A stretch of DNA of 64,000 nucleotides from an uncultured Nitrososphaeraceae archaeon (GTDB taxonomy: Archaea; Thermoproteota; Nitrososphaeria; Nitrososphaerales; Nitrososphaeraceae): positions 64,001-128,000 of the forward strand of contig CAVSMN010000007.1 of the NCBI GenBank assembly GCA_963729045.1, written 5' to 3'. How positions within the stretch are numbered: position 1 is the first letter of the stretch; each line of letters opens with the position of its first letter. Under the pieces are notes generated by a model. It was given only the letters and a program-made list of their open reading frames with translations. It was not told the DNA's origin and made no database searches. Made by a program: the position numbers and the translations under genes. Positions 44,165-54,900 of the stretch are shown piece by piece.

Positions 44165-45389
44165 ATGCACTATCCTTTGATTCAAACGATTCCATCAAAA
44201 AGGGCAAGCATACATCCAAATACCAAAATGCAGAGCCTGGACGATAAGAATAAGAATTGGCTTGAAGGGATCTTCAGGAAATACTACTTTTATCATTACT
44301 CACAACTTGAACTGCATGAGTTGATTAATGAACATGAATTTGGATTTAGACTGTTCGACGGAAAAATCCATCGGCACTTAGCCTTTAACGATAAGAAAGA
44401 ATTATATGCGTATATCATAAAATTTTCTCCTTCAGATATCTTTTATTCCTCATCCAGGTATCAAAATCCGAGGGCAGAAATCGATCAAAAAGGTTGGATC
44501 GGGTCTGATCTTATATTTGATATTGATGGAAAGGATCTTCATTTAGAATGTGCTCAAAGTCATAACTTGGTTATGTGTAAGGATTGTAGTTTTATTTCTA
44601 AAGGTATCATCTCCAAATGTGAAGTATGTAATAGTACTCGATTACAAATTATCGATATACCGTGCACTAGATGTATCAAATCTTTAAACGGGGAAGTCAA
44701 AAAGCTAATAGAAATACTTCATGATGATTTTGGGATTGATAAAGAATGTATATTTATCTATTTTTCGGGCAACAACGGATATCACATTCACGTTGTCGAT
44801 AAGAATTTTTATGGTGCATCTGCTAAGAAAAGAAATGCTTTTGCACAATATTTAATGTGTAAAGGATACATGATTGAGAATTTAGGATATTAGAAAAAAC
44901 ACCGAAGGTGTACTTATTCCGATGCACAACAAGGTTCTCTATAACCAGGGCTGGAGAAAAAGAATTTTTGATTCCATGCATTTACCCATTCAGAATCATA
45001 GGATTGATGACAAGTTTGTCAAGAAATATAATCGCATGCAGGATGCAAATAGTAACAACATCAAGGACATTATTAGTACCCATATTTTTGACCTATCTGC
45101 AAAAATCGATCCTAACGTCACTATGGACATTCATCGAATATTCCGACTTGCTGGCTCCATTAATAGTAAGAGTGGATTAATCAAAGCTTTTTGCAAAGAC
45201 TTGGATTCATTCAATCCATTTGTGGATGCCTGTTTTATCGGAGATTCTAGTGTTGAAATAGAATCAAAATTAGACATAAAAATATCATTGAAAGGAAAAC
45301 AATTTAATATAAAAACTGGAATGAATACTCTTCCAGAGTATGTGGCAGCCTATGTGATTTGTAAGGGCATTGGAGATATTCAAGAATAA
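44165..45389 (+). CDS. priS: DNA primase small subunit with Zn-ribbon insert; +1 frameshift near 44889
   Basis: EFGF, DLIFDID, FSGNNGYHIH, IDPNVTMDIHRIFRL.GSINSKSG. Confidence 0.93.
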
Positions 45390-45432
45390 ACATAGTATTA
45401 AATTATGATGCCCAGGTTATGAGTAATGGACC

Positions 45433-45801
45433 ATGAATTCAGATTATGAGCCAACTGTAGAATACTGGGTCATTGCATTTTTCAAATCACATTCAAAAAA
45501 TAGAACATATTACAGGCAATTCATGGCTGCCGGATTTTATGAAGCTTTTGATATTGTGATGACTTTTTCTGAAAAAACATCTTGTCAAATTCTTTGGTAT
45601 AAAGAGAAACGAAAGTGTGATTCAAAATTCACAGAATTAGGTATACCTTTATTGGAAAGCTTTTGTACTTTTTGCAATAAAGAGTTTAATAATATTGAGC
45701 CAATAAAGTGTAATTATGAAAAAAATAACTTCAGTTGCAAGTCTGAATTTTGTTCTTTAGATTGTAAGCAGGAACATTTTTATTTTAAGCATGTTAGATG
45801 A
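45433..45801 (+). CDS. Hypothetical protein with C-terminal Cys/His Zn-binding module
   Basis: CTFC..C..C..FCS.DC..H. Confidence 0.65.
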   Translation: MNSDYEPTVEYWVIAFFKSHSKNRTYYRQFMAAGFYEAFDIVMTFSEKTSCQILWYKEKRKCDSKFTELGIPLLESFCTFCNKEFNNIEPIKCNYEKNNFSCKSEFCSLDCKQEHFYFKHVR

Positions 45802-45818
45802 CTACTTGATTTTTGTAA

Positions 45819-46092
45819 TCAGGTCGCTTTTCTTATTATTTCTAAGTATCTATTTACCATTTCCGGATCAATTACACCTTGAACCACCGAGGGAGCACCG
45901 GATTCCAAAACTATATCCATTGCTACTGCACTGTAGGGGATATCAAATTCCTCAATCTCTTGCGAATCTTGAGTTTCATAAATTTGTTCATCGCTATTTC
46001 CAGTAATTTTGAATGCCACAATCCTGTCAATCTTACGCATACCTGATCCTCCGCCCCTACCTCCTGCTGATCCAGCTCGATTCTTTAACCAT
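45819..46092 (-). CDS. Small hypothetical protein with Gly-rich N-terminus; probable +1 frameshift near 46087
   Basis: Frame stays open upstream of 46040 as KNRAGSAGGRGGGSG; ATG at 46092 is one base out of frame. Confidence 0.6.
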
Positions 46093-46305
46093 CAAAACAA
46101 ATATTGTATTTTCATTCCTTAGTGTCATCTACTAGGTTCAAATTAATTTCCTGAGATGAAACTATCAATTTCCGCCTTGGAAGTTGCAGTGTCCCTGATA
46201 CTTTAAAGACCATGCGATTAAGAGAATGCATGCTCATAAAAATATTTATTGTATCTGGTATTTTGGTAGAAATAAATAATGAGTAGATAAAGTAATCTAT
46301 CAATT

Positions 46306-47364
46306 ATGGCTAAGCCTAACAACGGGAGTTATCTTACTACAATCGCTTGGGAAAATGATGGTGTGAAATTGATTGATCAAACTAAATTACCTGAATCACT
46401 TGAATACATAACCTGTAAAAACTATATGGACATTGCAGACGCGATAAAAAAGTTGGCAATTCGTGGCGCACCTGCAATTGGTGTTGCTGCCGCTATGGGG
46501 CTTGCCCTGTGTGCTAATAATAGCACCTGCAATAACAAGGCAAAGATGATGGAGGAGTTAGGACTTGCGTACGATATTTTGCTCAAAACCAGACCCACAG
46601 CCATTAACCTAAAATGGGGATTAGATAGAATACTTGAGGAAGCAAAGAAATACGATGGGGTAGACGATATCAAGAAACATACAATTCTTCAAGCAATTCA
46701 GATGTCTCATGACGATGTTACAACCAATAAGCTGTTGGGAAAATTTGGCTCTGATTTGATCAATGATGGGGAGGTAGTAATGACTCATTGTAACGCTGGA
46801 GCATTGGCTACAGTTTCTTACGGAACAGCGCTGGGTGTAATAAGGTCAGTAATGGAGTCGGGGAAGAAGATTAGTGTTATTGCAACAGAGACCAGACCCG
46901 TAATGCAAGGATCAAGACTTACCGCTTTTGAGCTAGTGCATGATGGTATCGACGTTAGTTTAATCCCAGATACTGCAGTCGGTTATCTTATGTCAAATAA
47001 GATGATAGATAAAGTAGTGGTAGGAGCTGATCGAATACTAAAATCTGGCCATGTTTTTAATAAGATTGGTACTTATCAGGTGGCTCTCCTGGCTAAAGTG
47101 CATAATATCCCATTTTACGTTGCTGCACCATTGTCAACTTTTGATATGGATAATAACGAGGAAGATATTATTATTGAAGAGCGTTCCGTAGATGAAGTAG
47201 TAAAAATAGGTGAAAAAAGAATAGCACCAGTAGGGGTAAGAATTTTTAATCCTGCATTTGATGTAACCTCTCCAGACCTAATTGCTGGAATAATCACGGA
47301 GAAGGGTGTGATTTATCCACCATATGAATTAAGCCTGAGGTCACTATTTAAGTCTGACAAATAA
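46306..47364 (+). CDS. mtnA: Methylthioribose-1-phosphate isomerase (eIF2B-like)
   Basis: IRGAPAIG, TRPTAINL, THCNAGALAT, ETRP..QGSRLT, NKIGTY, NPAFDVT. Confidence 0.93.
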   Translation: MAKPNNGSYLTTIAWENDGVKLIDQTKLPESLEYITCKNYMDIADAIKKLAIRGAPAIGVAAAMGLALCANNSTCNNKAKMMEELGLAYDILLKTRPTAINLKWGLDRILEEAKKYDGVDDIKKHTILQAIQMSHDDVTTNKLLGKFGSDLINDGEVVMTHCNAGALATVSYGTALGVIRSVMESGKKISVIATETRPVMQGSRLTAFELVHDGIDVSLIPDTAVGYLMSNKMIDKVVVGADRILKSGHVFNKIGTYQVALLAKVHNIPFYVAAPLSTFDMDNNEEDIIIEERSVDEVVKIGEKRIAPVGVRIFNPAFDVTSPDLIAGIITEKGVIYPPYELSLRSLFKSDK

Positions 47365-47428
47365 TAGGAATGCTACGTCTAAAATCCAATCAAAAAAATT
47401 TAAAAAGCGGTTGACTACACATTGAATA

Positions 47429-48041
47429 GTGCATACAGAGCAAATAACAAAGGATAGAGTCTTTTCTGAATTAAGAAAATGTATGGATCCAGAAATTCCA
47501 GTTAATGTAGTAGATCTTGGGTTTGATCTATAATGTGGATGTTTCTGATAAAAATAATATTGATATTAAAATGACTATGACTACTCGTGGTTGTCCCTTA
47601 CACGATACTTTGGTAAGTGACGTAAAAAAATATGTTAATACCATAGAGGGTGTTGGGGATATCAACGTACAAATAGTGTGGGATCCTCCATGGTCTATTG
47701 AAAAAATGAATCCGGCGGTTAGGGATAAACTAGGATTCGGCAAACCAACCTTGAGATTTAAGATTGACTATGAAAAGTATATGCCCATGAAGGCTGGCAA
47801 AGTAACTAAGCAGGAGGATGAGTCCTTAGCTCTAGTTAATGAAAAGGGTCAAGGATTCATGGTTAATGAAAACATTATCGAGTTTTGGGAAAATTGTACT
47901 GGAGATAAAACCATAAACCAATTAGCCGACAATTTCTCAGAAAAATTAAGTCTCCCACGACAACAGGTAGAACAAGAGGTAGTTCAGTTGATTCAACAAC
48001 TGATGGAAGCGGAATTGTTAATGCCTTCTAACGCGAATTGA
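47429..48041 (+). CDS. DUF59/SufT Fe-S assembly factor fused to a PqqD-like winged-helix domain; +1 frameshift near 47520
   Basis: CMDPEIPVNVVDLGLIY, TMTTRGCP, VWDPPWS; C-terminal FMVNE....FWE.C.G.KTI.QL...V..LI.QL..A.L. Confidence 0.8.
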
Positions 48042-48145
48042 TCGGGTTTAGATAGGTAGGACCCAGCCTGATCAGCCCAAATCAATCAAACCAAATCATG
48101 CAAGAGCATCCCAATTTGCTCAAATCATGACGCCTTGATTTGATA

Positions 48146-48520
48146 TCAATTGGTTTCTTTATTGTGAGTTTCCTTCAATTTCAATGAGATTAGATTTCTT
48201 AATTCATCGTCTACAATATTATCCGAATTTATGTTCAAGGATTTGGCGATAATTTCTAGTTTTTGCCGTTCGGATGATATGGGTCCTTGAATCTGTGGCC
48301 CTTTGTAAACGTGATCATCGGTAGTCATTGACGCATCTGAAACGAACATGTTTTTTTGATCCATTATTTTCCCTTTAGCCTTTTCATATTCTCCTACAAA
48401 TTTACCCATGGTTTTTGAAATACTTCCAATTTTCTTTGGAAATATGAAAATAATTACAACAATAAAAATGATAAACCATTCAGAACCTGCGATATTTAGC
48501 GCATAGCTTGGGAAAAACAT
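48146..48520 (-). CDS. TatA/E-like twin-arginine translocase subunit
   Basis: IAGSEWFII..IFPKKI..SKTMGKFVGEYEKA: TM helix then amphipathic helix. Confidence 0.75.
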   Translation of the reverse strand: MFFPSYALNIAGSEWFIIFIVVIIFIFPKKIGSISKTMGKFVGEYEKAKGKIMDQKNMFVSDASMTTDDHVYKGPQIQGPISSERQKLEIIAKSLNINSDNIVDDELRNLISLKLKETHNKETN

Positions 48521-48669
48521 TGCCTACAATTAATGGACAAATGCAGTAATTTTTCTTTTACTAGCGTTATAGTTTCCAAAAGGACTAACCTTTGATTTAG
48601 TTGTTTACCTCAAGGAGAAATGAAAATCTTTGTCAAAATATAATAACAAGATAATAAAATATTCAAATT

Positions 48670-50073
48670 GTGAAATCAGGCGGAAACAAGGAAAAGCCTA
48701 ATAGTCTCTTACAGAGCGATGTTATCTTAGAACCTTTCGACAATCTCATTAGAAAATTCAAGTCAGGTGAATACATCGTATCAGTTTATGGCTTAGGTCA
48801 TGTAGGAGCTCCGATTGCCTCTGCTTGGTTGAGGTCGGGTGTGACTGTAATCGGCATTGATAAGTCTGCAAAAGTTTTAGAAAATGCTCGAAAAGGATCA
48901 ACTCATATTCCGGAACCTATGGTTAATGAAACTTTTACCAATGGGTTAAACAATAACAAATTTTTGCTATATGATGACCCGATTCAAGCGTCCCGAAATT
49001 CAAAATTGAAGATGATATGCGTTCCTGTCTTGATAAGAAAAAACAAAGCTGATTTAGATGCTGTAAAAGAGGTGGCCTTAGCTATTGGGACTGGTTTGAA
49101 GAGAAATGACATCGTCTCTATACATCCATCTGTTCCGCCTGGAACCACTGAAAAGTTTTTGATTCCTATTCTAGAGAAATCAAGTGGCATGAGATCTGCA
49201 TCGGATTTCTTTGTTATCTATAATCCCGAAAGAATTTATGAGGGTCGTGCCATTTTTGACATCGAAGAGGGTCATCCTGGAATAGTATCCTCAAATGATG
49301 ATTATAGTCTAGATCTTGCGGAAAAATTGTTTGGTCTTATTTATAAGAAAGGACTAGTACGAATTTTGGGAATTAAAACCGCTGAAGCTGAAAAATTATT
49401 TGAAGGTGTTTACAGGGATGTAAATATAGCACTCGCAAATGAGCTTGCCAAGTTGAGTGATAAATTAAATATTGATTTTTGGCAAGCCAAAAAGGCAGCC
49501 AACTCACAGAATTTCTGTCATATCCATGATCCAGGAATTGGGGTTGGTGGTGCATGTATTCCAATATATCCTCAATTCATTCTTGATGTTGCAACAAAAA
49601 ATAAGATAAATTGTAGAATTACTAAAAGTGCTAGAGCAATTAATAATGATATGCCTTCATACTCTTTGAATAGTGCATTAAAAATGCTTCCAAGAAAGGT
49701 AATTAGGAAATCCAAAATAACAATTTTAGGCCTTGCTTTTCGTGGGGGAGTGTCTGACACCAGACTCTCACCCACTTATGATATTTTAAAAGAATTGACA
49801 AGATTAAAAATTAAGGACGTTATAGTTCATGATCCGCTGGTAACAGAAGACAATCTAATTTCAAAATATAAAAATGTAGAACTAGTTAATAATTTAGATT
49901 ATGCTGTTACCAATCGCGATCTAATAATCTTGGCTACCAATCATCAAGAATATTTGAAGCTCAATCCCTCCATAATCAGGCAAACTCCTATTTATGATGG
50001 GCGAGGCTATCTTAACCCCGATGATTTCGAAAAAAAACTGTATAGAGGAATAGGTAGACCAATTCAGCCATGA
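48670..50073 (+). CDS. Nucleotide-sugar dehydrogenase (UDP-GlcNAc/ManNAc dehydrogenase family)
   Basis: GLGHVG, CVP, PPGTT, YNPER, AEAEKL..RDVNIALANE, PGIGVGGACIP. Confidence 0.92.
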   Translation: MKSGGNKEKPNSLLQSDVILEPFDNLIRKFKSGEYIVSVYGLGHVGAPIASAWLRSGVTVIGIDKSAKVLENARKGSTHIPEPMVNETFTNGLNNNKFLLYDDPIQASRNSKLKMICVPVLIRKNKADLDAVKEVALAIGTGLKRNDIVSIHPSVPPGTTEKFLIPILEKSSGMRSASDFFVIYNPERIYEGRAIFDIEEGHPGIVSSNDDYSLDLAEKLFGLIYKKGLVRILGIKTAEAEKLFEGVYRDVNIALANELAKLSDKLNIDFWQAKKAANSQNFCHIHDPGIGVGGACIPIYPQFILDVATKNKINCRITKSARAINNDMPSYSLNSALKMLPRKVIRKSKITILGLAFRGGVSDTRLSPTYDILKELTRLKIKDVIVHDPLVTEDNLISKYKNVELVNNLDYAVTNRDLIILATNHQEYLKLNPSIIRQTPIYDGRGYLNPDDFEKKLYRGIGRPIQP

Positions 50074-50140
50074 TTCTGTGACTCTACCTCAATTTGATTT
50101 CTAATAACATTTTTATTTATTTTCATAACAAACTATCTTT

Positions 50141-50695
50141 ATGGTCAAGACACAGTCTTCACAAAAACTGATAGCTGGATCTCAGGCACCTGATTTCTTG
50201 CTAAAGGGAGTTGACGATAAAAATTACTCTTTAAAGGATATTAATTCGCGTACCCTTTTGATAGTGTTTATTTGTAATCATTGTCCTTATGTTAAAGCAA
50301 GAATAAATGATTTGATCTCTTTGCAATCTAAATTTGATAGCTCTGATTTACAAATTATTGGAATCAATAGTAACGACTCAAATTATGAAGGAGAGGGATT
50401 TGCTAATATGGTGAAATTTGCTCAAGAATATTCCCTCAATTTCCCGTATCTTATAGATGAAACTCAAAGAGTGGCTAAGGACTACGGAGCAGTGTGTACC
50501 CCAGATCCATTTCTATTTGATGAATCCAAAAAACTTGCTTTTCATGGCAAAATTAATGACGCTTTAGAACCTGGCTCTAATGCCACAGTCAACATTATGG
50601 AAAACAATATTCAAAAAATCCTGGATGGAAAAAAATCTAGTATCGAAAAGGATTTTGATCCATCAATTGGATGTTCAATCAAATGGAGTAGTTAA
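50141..50695 (+). CDS. Thioredoxin-like AhpC/TSA family protein
   Basis: FICNHCPYV, INSND, GAVCTPD, PSIGCSIKW. Confidence 0.92.
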   Translation: MVKTQSSQKLIAGSQAPDFLLKGVDDKNYSLKDINSRTLLIVFICNHCPYVKARINDLISLQSKFDSSDLQIIGINSNDSNYEGEGFANMVKFAQEYSLNFPYLIDETQRVAKDYGAVCTPDPFLFDESKKLAFHGKINDALEPGSNATVNIMENNIQKILDGKKSSIEKDFDPSIGCSIKWSS

Positions 50696-50782
50696 TGCAC
50701 GGAATATAAGGAAATCAGATGACATAAAGTCGAATTTTTTATAATCAGTTAAGTAATTATAAAATATGAATTCAATACATCT

Positions 50783-52303
50783 ATGGTAAAAATATCAATA
50801 AAGAGTATTGATGATGTAGATATATTTGAAGGATTATTTGTCATTGGACTAGATGAGAGTAATAAGGATCTAGATTACTTGAGGAATAATACTAAATTGA
50901 TAGATAATTTGAATATAGACAAAGTCATTCAGGAGGAACATTTAGAAAAAATGAGGAAATTTGGAAAAAATATAATCCTATACATGAATGATGGCGATAA
51001 GTTATTAAAGATAATGTTATTAGGGATTGGAGATAGTAAAAAACTTAATGAAGATAAGTTTAGACAACTTGGGGGAATAATCTCTCTTAAAGCAAAGGAG
51101 TTAAATTTTCACAATGTCATTATATCTAATTTCTATTCGAGTTCCACCAATATTGAATCAATAATCGAGGGCCTAGTCTTATCCTTGTACGAATTTAATA
51201 AATTTAAGGAGGATAGAATAGACAAATCTCTCCTAACCTTTTATGAAAAATATTCTGCAAGCATTATCGCCCCAGACGATTCTAATCTTGGGAATAAAAT
51301 TGAAATTGATAAGATAGTGAATATATGTGAATCCGTTTTTTATGCTCGAGACCTTGCAAATTCTCCACCAAATGTGATAGATCCAAATGCTCTAGCTAAC
51401 TCAGCTAAAACTCTAGAAAAAATGAAAAACATTCATGTTGACATATTAAATCAGGACCAAATTAAGGACTTGGGTATGAATGGCATTATATCAGTTGGAA
51501 AAGGCAGTGAAAATGAACCCAAGTTGATCATAGTGGAATACAATAATTCAATCACATCAAAAGACAAACCAATAGTTCTTGTCGGAAAAGCAGTAACGTT
51601 TGATACTGGTGGTATATCGATCAAACCCAGTGATAGGATGGATGAAATGAAATTTGATAAGAGCGGTGGGTGTACAGTCTTAGGGATAATGAAGGCATTG
51701 GGGAATTTGGATCTCCCAATAAATGTAGTTGCTCTTATCCCGGCAGTAGAAAATATGCCTTCTGGATCTTCGTATAGACCAGGGGATATTATTCGAATGT
51801 ATAATGGTAAGACCGTCGAAGTTTTGAACACGGACGCTGAAGGCAGATTGATCTTGGCCGATGCATTGGCTTATGGTGTTGCCAAATATTCTCCAAAATA
51901 TATCCTTGATTTTGCTACCTTAACAGGTGCATGCATAATTGCCCTAGGAACAAACATAGCAGGAATTATAGGGAATGACGATAAATTGATTAGTAAATTA
52001 ATATCGCTATCTCGTAGTACTGGGGAGAAAATTTGGCAATTACCATTATCCGAGGAGTTTTCAGATCTTATAAAAAGTAATGTTGCTACTATCAAGAACA
52101 TTGGTGGCAGAACCGGTGGAACGATTACGGCTGCAGCATTTTTGTCACATTTTGTGAGTGATGTTCCATGGGCTCATTTTGATATTGCCGGAACTGCATG
52201 GACCCAAGATGGGACTACAGAAAAGAGTTATAACCCTAAAGGCTCTACTGGGTTTGGAATTCGTACCATTATAAAGTTCCTCGAAGAACATCAAAACCTG
52301 TAA
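50783..52303 (+). CDS. pepA: Leucyl aminopeptidase (M17)
   Basis: GKAVTFDTGG, MKFDK, NTDAEGRL, ATLTGA, HFDIAG. Confidence 0.96.
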   Translation: MVKISIKSIDDVDIFEGLFVIGLDESNKDLDYLRNNTKLIDNLNIDKVIQEEHLEKMRKFGKNIILYMNDGDKLLKIMLLGIGDSKKLNEDKFRQLGGIISLKAKELNFHNVIISNFYSSSTNIESIIEGLVLSLYEFNKFKEDRIDKSLLTFYEKYSASIIAPDDSNLGNKIEIDKIVNICESVFYARDLANSPPNVIDPNALANSAKTLEKMKNIHVDILNQDQIKDLGMNGIISVGKGSENEPKLIIVEYNNSITSKDKPIVLVGKAVTFDTGGISIKPSDRMDEMKFDKSGGCTVLGIMKALGNLDLPINVVALIPAVENMPSGSSYRPGDIIRMYNGKTVEVLNTDAEGRLILADALAYGVAKYSPKYILDFATLTGACIIALGTNIAGIIGNDDKLISKLISLSRSTGEKIWQLPLSEEFSDLIKSNVATIKNIGGRTGGTITAAAFLSHFVSDVPWAHFDIAGTAWTQDGTTEKSYNPKGSTGFGIRTIIKFLEEHQNL

Positions 52304-52346
52304 CATATTTCTATTTTTTTATTATAGATTAAATGGATAAAAGTAA

Positions 52347-52467
52347 AGGTGCCAGCACTGCTGTTTCCCAACGGCTCACGCACGTCAGTATCCAGCAGCG
52401 ACATCAGGTTTGACTTCCGGGTTCGGAATGGGACCGGGTCGGACCCTAACGCTATGGCCGGCTACCT
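52347..52467 (-). rRNA. rrf: 5S rRNA (stand-alone)
   Basis: Reverse complement GGTAGCCGGCCATAGCG...CCCATTCCGAACCCGGAAGTCAAACC...GCTGGCACC; ends pair; ~120 nt GC-rich island. Confidence 0.96.
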
Positions 52468-53070
52468 TTTATTATATTTCCGTCAATTTAATCCTTCCTA
52501 TGTCTTCAACCTGTGAAACAAGAATTACATATCTTTCGTCGGATGGTGAATTCGTAGATAATATGTGTCTCTTGTATATACCTACTTGACCAGTTATTAA
52601 GAATGGGTACAATTAATGATAATTCACACTATCAAGTTTATGTGGTTTTCAAATTTCATTTGCAATGAAGATTAGAATTACAGGGTTGTTTCCTAAGATA
52701 GGAAACCTGTAAGATACTCATAACAAAGTTTATTTGCAAAAAAGTGTTAGTTTGAATATATACCAGAGTTACCATTCAATTAAGAAAAAGATTAGTGAAT
52801 TGTCGTCTAGAGGGCAATGATTCTGTTAATATTCATGCTGTGATTTTGAAAACCTGAGCATATCAATCCTACTGTATCAATTCTGATCTTTATTATTTAA
52901 TTTCTGCTTAGATCATGATTTTTTTGTGCCTTTAATAGCTAGTTTGATCTTTATAGTTAAAGACCAATTCATTATAAAGTCTTGAAAATTCTTAAATATC
53001 GTCTTTTGACTATTTTGCTCCCTCTAATTCACGATTTATATAAAAGATTTGTGAATATTATTATAAGCAA

Positions 53071-54879
53071 TTGGATAAACATGGAAATTTGACTCATAGA
53101 GTTGCTGTTTTAGATCAGGAATTGTGCCAACCAAGAAAGTGTGGTCTAGAGTGCATAATCTATTGCCCTGTAAACAAGACTGGTGGAGAATGTATTATTC
53201 AAAGGCCTGATGATGGGAAGGCTGTTATTTCTGAGGATTTATGTACGGGATGTACTATTTGTATTAAAAAGTGTCCTTTTGATGCTATTGTAATAGTTAA
53301 TCTGGCCCAGGAAATTGGTGTAGATAAAATACATCAATATGGAATCAATAGCTTTAGATTATATAAAATTCCTATACCAAAAGAAGGTACTGTAACAGGT
53401 ATTGTGGGTAGAAACGGTATGGGAAAGTCTACAATAATAAATCTGCTTTCAGGAAATATAAAACCCAATTTTGGTTACTATGATAAGGAATTAAGTTGGG
53501 ATGAAATTTTAACAAAGTTATCTAACATTGAGCTTCGGAAACACTTTGAAAAAATTCATTCCAAATCATTGCGTACTTCAATAAAACCTCAGCTTGTATA
53601 TCTAATCCCAAAGGTTTTCAAAGGTACAGTATCTGAATTACTGAAAAAATACGATGAACGGGGGGTTTCGGATATCTTGATAGAAGAGTTAGGTCTAAAA
53701 TATTCACTAGATAGAGACCTTTCAACGCTGAGTGGAGGAGAATTACAAAGGGTAGCAGTTGCTGTTGCTGCTGCTAAGGATGCAGAATATTACTTTTTCG
53801 ATGAACCTTCTTCTTTTAATGATATTTATCAACGATTGGCTGTGGGACGGGTTATAAATAATTTAGCTAAAGAGGGTAAAAGCGTAATGATTGTAGAACA
53901 TGATATGTCTTTACTTGATTACTTATCAGATAACATCTACCTAACTTATGGAGAACCCGGTGCCTATGGTATAGTATCGTCCCTTCAAAGCACTAAAGTT
54001 GGTATAAATAATTTCTTAGAAGGGTATATTCCTACTGAAAATGTTAGGTTCAGAGATAAAGCGTATAAATTTGATATATCGAGTATTACCGAGACTGTTC
54101 TCTCATCTTCTCCTATAGTGGAATATACTGCCCTTACCAAAAAACTTGGTCAATTTTCTCTTACTGTTGATAGGGGAGAAATTTATGAAGGGGAGGTTGT
54201 TGGAATTGTTGGGGCAAATGCTTTGGGTAAGACCACCTTCATGCGAATGCTGGCTGGCATGGAAAAAATCGATCAAGGTGGCTTAGACACTACCGTAAGG
54301 ATATCCTACAAGCCTCAGTATCTCAACCAAGATATTGATGGTGATGTGCGCTCTTTAATCTATTCTGCAAACACTGGACCATTCGAAGGCACCACAGTAG
54401 AAGAACACGTCCTTTCTCCATTAGGAATCAAAAAGTTGTATGACAAATCCGTAAAGGGCCTTAGCGGGGGTGAATTGCAAAAAGTGGCAATATCATTATC
54501 ATTAATTAGGCAGGCTGATGTGTACGCACTAGATGAACCCTCTGCATTTCTCGATATAGAAGATAGAATAACATTTGCGAAATTCATACAGAGATTTACT
54601 AAATCAAATGGCAAGTCTGCATTAATTATAGACCATGATATTCAATTGATAGATCTGGTTTCGGATCGATTAGTTATGTTCGAAGGTAACCCTGGTATAA
54701 AGGGGACTGGTACATCTCCCACTACCAAAGAAATTGGTATGAACAACTTTCTTGAATCCCTCTCAATTTCATTTAGAAGAGATGAGACAACTGGTAGACC
54801 TAGAGTTAACAAAGATAGCAGCAGGTTGGACAGACAGCAAAAAACAGCTGGCAATTACTATTACTTGAAGAACAAATAG
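53071..54879 (+). CDS. rli: ABCE1/RLI ribosome recycling ATPase
   Basis: Two 4Fe-4S Cys clusters, GRNGMGKST, LSGGELQ twice, RRD..TGRPR.NK..S.LD. Confidence 0.97.
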   Translation: MDKHGNLTHRVAVLDQELCQPRKCGLECIIYCPVNKTGGECIIQRPDDGKAVISEDLCTGCTICIKKCPFDAIVIVNLAQEIGVDKIHQYGINSFRLYKIPIPKEGTVTGIVGRNGMGKSTIINLLSGNIKPNFGYYDKELSWDEILTKLSNIELRKHFEKIHSKSLRTSIKPQLVYLIPKVFKGTVSELLKKYDERGVSDILIEELGLKYSLDRDLSTLSGGELQRVAVAVAAAKDAEYYFFDEPSSFNDIYQRLAVGRVINNLAKEGKSVMIVEHDMSLLDYLSDNIYLTYGEPGAYGIVSSLQSTKVGINNFLEGYIPTENVRFRDKAYKFDISSITETVLSSSPIVEYTALTKKLGQFSLTVDRGEIYEGEVVGIVGANALGKTTFMRMLAGMEKIDQGGLDTTVRISYKPQYLNQDIDGDVRSLIYSANTGPFEGTTVEEHVLSPLGIKKLYDKSVKGLSGGELQKVAISLSLIRQADVYALDEPSAFLDIEDRITFAKFIQRFTKSNGKSALIIDHDIQLIDLVSDRLVMFEGNPGIKGTGTSPTTKEIGMNNFLESLSISFRRDETTGRPRVNKDSSRLDRQQKTAGNYYYLKNK

Positions 54880-54900
54880 GTTTACCAGTTGCATCATTAA

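Noticed and set aside
46112..46303. 63-aa minus-strand ORF upstream of mtnA
   Set aside because: No motif, and it covers the probable mtnA promoter; unsupported.
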